IMG/VR virus record: IMGVR_UViG_3300021405_000011
Length of the DNA stretch: 20,000 nt
Source: an uncultured virus (IMG/VR IMGVR_UViG_3300021405_000011)
Lineage: Duplodnaviria > Heunggongvirae > Uroviricota > Caudoviricetes
Strand: one strand, 5' to 3'
Shown here: positions 15,310 to 20,000 of the stretch, piece after piece
Numbering within the stretch: position 1 is the first letter of the stretch
Layout: each line of letters starts with the position of its first letter
Program-made: the position numbers and the translations under genes
The notes under the pieces: generated by a model
The model's input: only the letters and a program-made list of their open reading frames with translations
Database searches by the model: none
Told to the model about the DNA's origin: nothing

Positions 15310-15452
15310 CTCTCACACGTCCATTGTTATCAGTGACTTACAGAAACCTTGCACTGGGATAGGTAGCAATTGTCAAGTTATTGATTCGATTGGAGTTACT
15401 CATTAGTTTAACAACGTCTAAAGTTTTGCTGTAGCGCCTCTAATTGAGAGTT

Positions 15453-15600
15453 TAGTATTCACAGTACTCATAGTACTAGATGCACTACCCTCAGTACGTT
15501 CAGAACTCACAGGACCATCAGTACCATTAGTACTAGCTAGTACGCTCGTTACTCTTAGTAGTACACTAACTATCGGTACTCACAGTACCTACAGTACTAT
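15453..15600. repeat. Degenerate 9-bp tandem repeat (consensus near CAGTACTCA)
   Basis: AGTAC-like cores at 15454, 15463, 15472, 15493, 15502, 15511, 15520, 15529, 15539, 15548, 15557, 15575, 15584, 15593. Confidence 0.8.
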
Positions 15601-15777
15601 CACTAACGTTAGTTTATACTTTAGTTAATCTCACCATCACCTGTCCTGTCACCCTCAGCCGCCCTCAGTGTAGGGGTACATAAGCCAGGTAGGGGTCGAG
15701 ACAGGAACAGTCTCCTCCAAGTAATTTTTCCCCTAAAATTAGTGTAACTACGAATATTTCCATCAGCGGTAATAGTA

Positions 15778-15990
15778 CTATTCACTTGGATAGTCACGTT
15801 TGATGATGCGACGGGTGTAGATATCTATTAGCCGAGAACGCTCAAGGAACGTATGTGGATAGAGGTCAGCCGCTCGTCCACGGCAGAATCTCAAAGCGTG
15901 AGTGAGACGTTGGATACGGTTGAGGAGGGTGGAAAGAGGACAAGTTTCCCAAGTTTCATTAGGGTCCTTGGGGATGACCTCATCGACCAT
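15778..15990 (-). CDS. Hypothetical protein
   Basis: 70 aa, TGATG overlap with upstream gene. Confidence 0.55.
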   Translation of the reverse strand: MVDEVIPKDPNETWETCPLSTLLNRIQRLTHALRFCRGRAADLYPHTFLERSRLIDIYTRRIIKRDYPSE

Positions 15991-16325
15991 CAGATTTCTA
16001 GACGGTCCAGCAGGTCACCAATACGGTTAATCTGGAATTGTAGACGGTTGGAATTCCTATGGACCACAGCCACTAAATGCACTGGATGCTCCTGTTGTTT
16101 ATCCGCTCCTGGATTACTTGGGGATGGTTGAGTGGGCCGCAATGCCGGAGCCAATCTCCGTTCGAGCTGATTCACGGCATTATCCAAATCCTGCATCAAC
16201 GCCTCGTGAGCCAACATGGCCTCGGTTACGAGGGGACTGCGTTCTGTTGGCATGTTTTGGGGACTGCCTAAGCCACTACCCGCGGTGCCACCAACCTGAC
16301 CTGCTCTACTGAGTTCACCGTACAT
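15990..16325 (-). CDS. Coiled-coil hypothetical protein
   Basis: Start MYGELS at 16325 after AGGAGAG; two amphipathic helical stretches. Confidence 0.65.
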   Translation of the reverse strand: MYGELSRAGQVGGTAGSGLGSPQNMPTERSPLVTEAMLAHEALMQDLDNAVNQLERRLAPALRPTQPSPSNPGADKQQEHPVHLVAVVHRNSNRLQFQINRIGDLLDRLEI

Positions 16326-16409
16326 ATCCACTCTCCTTGGGTTCCCGTCAAGAACAATGGTATAGTCCAATTTTAGCGTTATACTGTCAACAGGAAAGTG
16401 AGATAAATT

Positions 16410-16799
16410 ATGGCCAAGACTGATGCCGAAAAGGCAGGTTACTTCGCTCCCGGTGCTGGTCTTACCGAAGCGGACTTCGCTCTCGTCAAACAGGCCATGG
16501 CTGGCGACCATGACGTGGACCTCACGGAAATTAACTTCCGCAAGCTCCTCTCCAGTTGGGCTCATAATCTCGGTACCATCGTCGAGTCCAAGGATAAGGA
16601 TGGTAACACTTACCGTCATCGTGTGGTGTCCAATCAGGACCATCAATTAAGGATGCTCGCAGCTAAGTGTCTAACCGCGTTATTCATCGCTAAGAGGAAG
16701 GACGAACCCCCCGCTCCCAAGACTCTCGTGGTGGATGGGATGGAAGAGGGGATGGCTAATTTGACGGGGATGCCGGTTAACCAGAAAGAGCCAATGTAA
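16410..16799 (+). CDS. Probable terminase small subunit (by position)
   Basis: 129 aa, first gene of the rightward module upstream of TerL; no diagnostic motif recognised. Confidence 0.5.
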   Translation: MAKTDAEKAGYFAPGAGLTEADFALVKQAMAGDHDVDLTEINFRKLLSSWAHNLGTIVESKDKDGNTYRHRVVSNQDHQLRMLAAKCLTALFIAKRKDEPPAPKTLVVDGMEEGMANLTGMPVNQKEPM

Positions 16800-16951
16800 T
16801 GGCCCTCTCCTTCCATCTCTTAGGCAAACTATTCGGCTTCGAGATTCGTCAATATTCCGATATCGGGTGGAAAATGATGCAAGAGTTAGTAGTCCAAATC
16901 GGCGCACGTCCACTCGGCCCGCAGATTAAAGTAACAGTAAGTAAGAGGTAA
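16799..16951 (+). CDS. 50-aa hypothetical protein
   Basis: TAATG overlap; MALSFHLLGKLFGFEIRQYSDIGWKMMQELVVQIGARPLGPQIKVTVSKR. Confidence 0.55.
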   Translation: MALSFHLLGKLFGFEIRQYSDIGWKMMQELVVQIGARPLGPQIKVTVSKR

Positions 16952-16957
16952 CCAACA

Positions 16958-17254
16958 ATGATGCCAATGCCCCCACCGATGCCCGGAGGAATGGGTGGTG
17001 GTCCCATTCTCCGCCAGCCAATGCAGGGAACTTTACCTCCTCCACCTCCCGCAGCACCCACTCCCGCACCTGGTCCAACTATGGGCGGTATACCCCCCAA
17101 CCGTGGTACCCTCCACCCCGGTCCCATGGGCGGCGGCCCCATTATGCATGAGGGTGGTCCTCTTACTAACTCTGGTGTACTTACTCCGCAACGTCCTTTC
17201 TCTCATATTGGCAATCCCAGAGCGACTAATCCCATCAGTACACCCATGTTATAG
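16958..17254 (+). CDS. Pro/Gly/Met-rich low-complexity protein
   Basis: GAGG RBS; 98 aa, probably disordered. Confidence 0.65.
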   Translation: MMPMPPPMPGGMGGGPILRQPMQGTLPPPPPAAPTPAPGPTMGGIPPNRGTLHPGPMGGGPIMHEGGPLTNSGVLTPQRPFSHIGNPRATNPISTPML

Positions 17255-17268
17255 TACCCACGAATAAT

Positions 17269-18888
17269 ATGCTCACCCCTCAACTCCTCCCAAGCCAGCG
17301 TGAGTGGATATACGCCACCGAACAGGAGAGAATGTTGATGGGGGGATGGGGGGTAGGTAAGACCAGAACTCTCTGTCTAGCTGGCTTCCTCCTCTCCCAC
17401 TACGTCCCCGATAACTTTGGATTCATAGGTAGAGCCAGTGGTAAGGACCTCCACACTACCACTATCAAAACTTTCTTCGACGAAATTTGTCCTCCTGAAT
17501 ATATCGTCGGTAAGCCCAAACGTGTAGGTCAGTCTGGATTACTGGTGACTATCAAATGTGACCCTAACCAATTCCCCGGTGCCACCAGTCAGGTCTATTT
17601 TGACTACATCATAGATAGGGTTACCGGTCGTTCCCACCTTGCTGGCGGTAATTGGGGATGGTTCGGCGTGGACCAAGTGGAGGAAATCAACCGTCCGGAT
17701 TGGGTCAAGTTAAAGGGCCGTCTACGCCGGATGACCAAAGACTGGAAGACTGGTCGCCGTATTCCCATTAAGACTCACGCCTTGGGAGTGGGTAACCAGC
17801 AGGGCCACGACTGGATATTCGAGGACTTCTACGAGAGTGGCGATTACATATTTGACCTCAAGAATGAGCCTAAACGCTTCTGGAAATCCGTTCATACCAC
17901 CCTCCCCAAACTAACCGGTGAATCCAAGGATTCCGCTCGTTTTGGTATCATCGTCCGCAGTGAGGAGAATGCCATCAGTAATGGCGGCTTCTCTCCCGAC
18001 GAATATTTTGCCAGCCAACGTAGGTCCAATCCCCCAGAGTTCGTGGCCCGTTACATGGACGGGTCCTTCGACGATTTCAGCGGCAAAATCTACGCCGATT
18101 ACAACATCCACAGCGTCCACAATATCGAGCCATTTGTTATACCTGACCACTGGCCATGGGGATGTTGTATTGACCCTGGTGGCTCTGTCCCTTGGGGCGT
18201 TGGCGTGTGGAGAATGGACGAGGATGGAAACAAGATACTCGTAGACGACGCCCAACAGCTCTACGCCCCCCGTATCAATCCCAACCACGTCGTCAACTGG
18301 CTCAAAAAACACACTCCAGTAGATAACTGTAAGTATATCGTCGATTACCAAAACGTCCCGGTGATGATTATCTTCCAGGAAGCCGGTATCTACTGTGAAG
18401 CGGCGATGAAGGATAAGAAGGTGGGATTAAACGGTGCCATCAACGAGATGTTCGTGAATCCTGGTATCAAATTACCTCCTTGGTACGAGGCCACACAACC
18501 TAAAGTTAGATACGAAAAGTTTAAGGATTTAGGGTCACCAAGGGTATTTAGTTTCAACACTAACAAATGTTGGATGAAGGAACACGATAACTACATCTGG
18601 GACCCCAATAAGAAAAATGAGCCTAAGGATGTCCAACAGGACCATCATTGTGACCAAACTAGATATTGGCTGGCTAGTAAACCTTTGGCTGCCACGCCTA
18701 CCATAATCGACCCCTACCGCTCCATGCGAAAGTTTGACCCCGTATCGGCGGGACATAATGCTAGAGTGGATAAGGAGTTGGAGCGTCACAGGAGATTACA
18801 GGCGAGGGAGTTGGCAGAAGTGGACCCATATGGCGGGGACAGCGGTGGGGATAACAACGTGGATTTTATAGTGGATTACGGTATCTAA
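17269..18888 (+). CDS. terL: Terminase large subunit
   Basis: N-terminal LLPSQ, Walker A GGWGVGKT, Walker B WFGVDQVEE, RYMDGSF, RNase H-like CIDPGG and DHHCDQTRY. Confidence 0.9.
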   Translation: MLTPQLLPSQREWIYATEQERMLMGGWGVGKTRTLCLAGFLLSHYVPDNFGFIGRASGKDLHTTTIKTFFDEICPPEYIVGKPKRVGQSGLLVTIKCDPNQFPGATSQVYFDYIIDRVTGRSHLAGGNWGWFGVDQVEEINRPDWVKLKGRLRRMTKDWKTGRRIPIKTHALGVGNQQGHDWIFEDFYESGDYIFDLKNEPKRFWKSVHTTLPKLTGESKDSARFGIIVRSEENAISNGGFSPDEYFASQRRSNPPEFVARYMDGSFDDFSGKIYADYNIHSVHNIEPFVIPDHWPWGCCIDPGGSVPWGVGVWRMDEDGNKILVDDAQQLYAPRINPNHVVNWLKKHTPVDNCKYIVDYQNVPVMIIFQEAGIYCEAAMKDKKVGLNGAINEMFVNPGIKLPPWYEATQPKVRYEKFKDLGSPRVFSFNTNKCWMKEHDNYIWDPNKKNEPKDVQQDHHCDQTRYWLASKPLAATPTIIDPYRSMRKFDPVSAGHNARVDKELERHRRLQARELAEVDPYGGDSGGDNNVDFIVDYGI

Positions 18889-18891
18889 AAC

Positions 18892-19215
18892 ATGAACATC
18901 AAAATAGTTCGAGTGAATTGGAGTTGGCCCCTAGTCTCAAAACGGGCCTATACTCTATTAGAGGAACAGTTAGCCAGAGTTCAAGCGGAGCGTGACGAGT
19001 ATCGTACTCGTGGTGACCGTCTCTACGATGAGACTATCATTAGATTTGGATACGAACCTGCTGCCCCCCAAGTACGAGCTGAGAATAAAGCCGCCGTCGA
19101 GGAATATCAACGCGAACAACATATCGACGACCCCTTCGGCGGCGGCCTGGACGAGGAAATCGAAGCCATTGCTGATGAGATAGTCAGTAGGAACGAGACT
19201 ACAGCTAAGAATTAA
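18892..19215 (+). CDS. Hypothetical coiled-coil protein
   Basis: 107 aa between TerL and portal. Confidence 0.7.
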   Translation: MNIKIVRVNWSWPLVSKRAYTLLEEQLARVQAERDEYRTRGDRLYDETIIRFGYEPAAPQVRAENKAAVEEYQREQHIDDPFGGGLDEEIEAIADEIVSRNETTAKN

Positions 19216-19217
19216 TT

Positions 19218-20000
19218 ATGTCCTCCCCCTTTGGCGGTTCCAACAGTCCCGGTGGTAGTACGAGTGACAAGTCCAAGGGACCCCTCCCTAATCCCTACCA
19301 GATAAGCGTCCTCAACACTCCCGACACTCCCCAAGTGGAGAAAATTAAACAACGTATTAAGGATAGATACAAGGTAGGTACCTATAGACGATGGACCTTT
19401 GAGTGTAGGTGGTTACTCAACATATTGTGGGCCATGGGTAGTCAGTGGACGAGAGTTGACCCTAGAGGACAAAAAGTCGTCAACATGAAGCTCCCCTTAG
19501 GCTTCCCCCGTGCCGTCACCAACAAATACGCCAAGGTCAACGATGATTTACTAAATAGTATTATATCTGGAGATATCCAATTCAACTACATGCCCGGCAC
19601 CGACGACCCCAAGGATTTAGGCGTGGCCGAGGTAAGTGACAGGTTACATGAGGTCATCGACGAGGAGACCAGAGCTAAGGAACGCAAACGATTACTAGGT
19701 TTCTGGTTCACCTATACAGGTAACGGATTCATCTTCCCCTACTACGACTACGGCCCTGAACACGGTACCATCCCTGTCCCCATATATAACTGTGCTGCCT
19801 GTAGCGCCATGGGCCAGCAGACTCAAGTAATGGACGCCACCAAACCTTGTCCCACTTGTGGCGCTCCACCAACCTCTATGCCCGCCGTCCCCCCTCCACC
19901 TCCACCGGGTCCTTTAGCCAGTCTAGGTCCCCCACCCCTCTCCGGTATCGGCACTCCCCCACCCTCCCCCGGTGGCCCCACTCCCCCTGTCCCCGCTCCC
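19218..20000 (+). CDS. Portal protein, P22-like (partial, runs off window)
   Basis: Open frame from ATG 19218; VTNKYAK...MPGTDDPKDLGVAEV...YTGNGF pattern; position after TerL. Confidence 0.7.
   Translation, partial: MSSPFGGSNSPGGSTSDKSKGPLPNPYQISVLNTPDTPQVEKIKQRIKDRYKVGTYRRWTFECRWLLNILWAMGSQWTRVDPRGQKVVNMKLPLGFPRAVTNKYAKVNDDLLNSIISGDIQFNYMPGTDDPKDLGVAEVSDRLHEVIDEETRAKERKRLLGFWFTYTGNGFIFPYYDYGPEHGTIPVPIYNCAACSAMGQQTQVMDATKPCPTCGAPPTSMPAVPPPPPPGPLASLGPPPLSGIGTPPPSPGGPTPPVPAP

Noticed and set aside
14779..15777. tRNA genes or att site in the long non-coding region
   Set aside because: No cloverleaf with T-loop GTTCRA seen and no integrase nearby
16326..16646. N-terminal half of track ORF 15990-16646 (-)
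   Set aside because: Overlaps the probable TerS in antisense; a strong RBS supports a start at 16325

Overview
Part of a tailed dsDNA phage (or prophage) genome. Left to right: (i) a small leftward operon (1-895) whose first gene carries a +1 frameshift; (ii) a rightward RepA/AAA_25-type helicase-like ATPase with a probable C-terminal HTH (1114-2046), followed by an iteron-like AGTCTCAT cluster, the probable origin (2051-2305); (iii) a ~12.5 kb leftward array of about 45 small genes (2326-14778) including a NADAR protein, DUF3846-like and DUF2958-like proteins, two tandem HELGH metallopeptidase paralogs and about 9 single-pass membrane microproteins, mostly below the ORF-track cutoff; (iv) a ~1 kb non-coding region with a large foldable segment, a DnaA box and a degenerate 9-bp tandem repeat; (v) a rightward packaging module (probable TerS, TerL, start of a portal). 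The most striking feature is a recurrent intergenic module, about 10 copies between 8.8 and 13.5 kb. On the coding (-) strand it reads: stop / AGUGAUUCGC-like motif / hairpin A with a conserved CAUU:AGUG wobble core / hairpin B, often with a CUUAC loop entry / GGGAGAG RBS / ATG. Its stems co-vary between copies and most mismatches read as G-U on the transcribed strand. Nearby, one small gene is clamped inside a long 5'/3' stem that covers its RBS. All family calls are by eye; no searches or folding programs were run.
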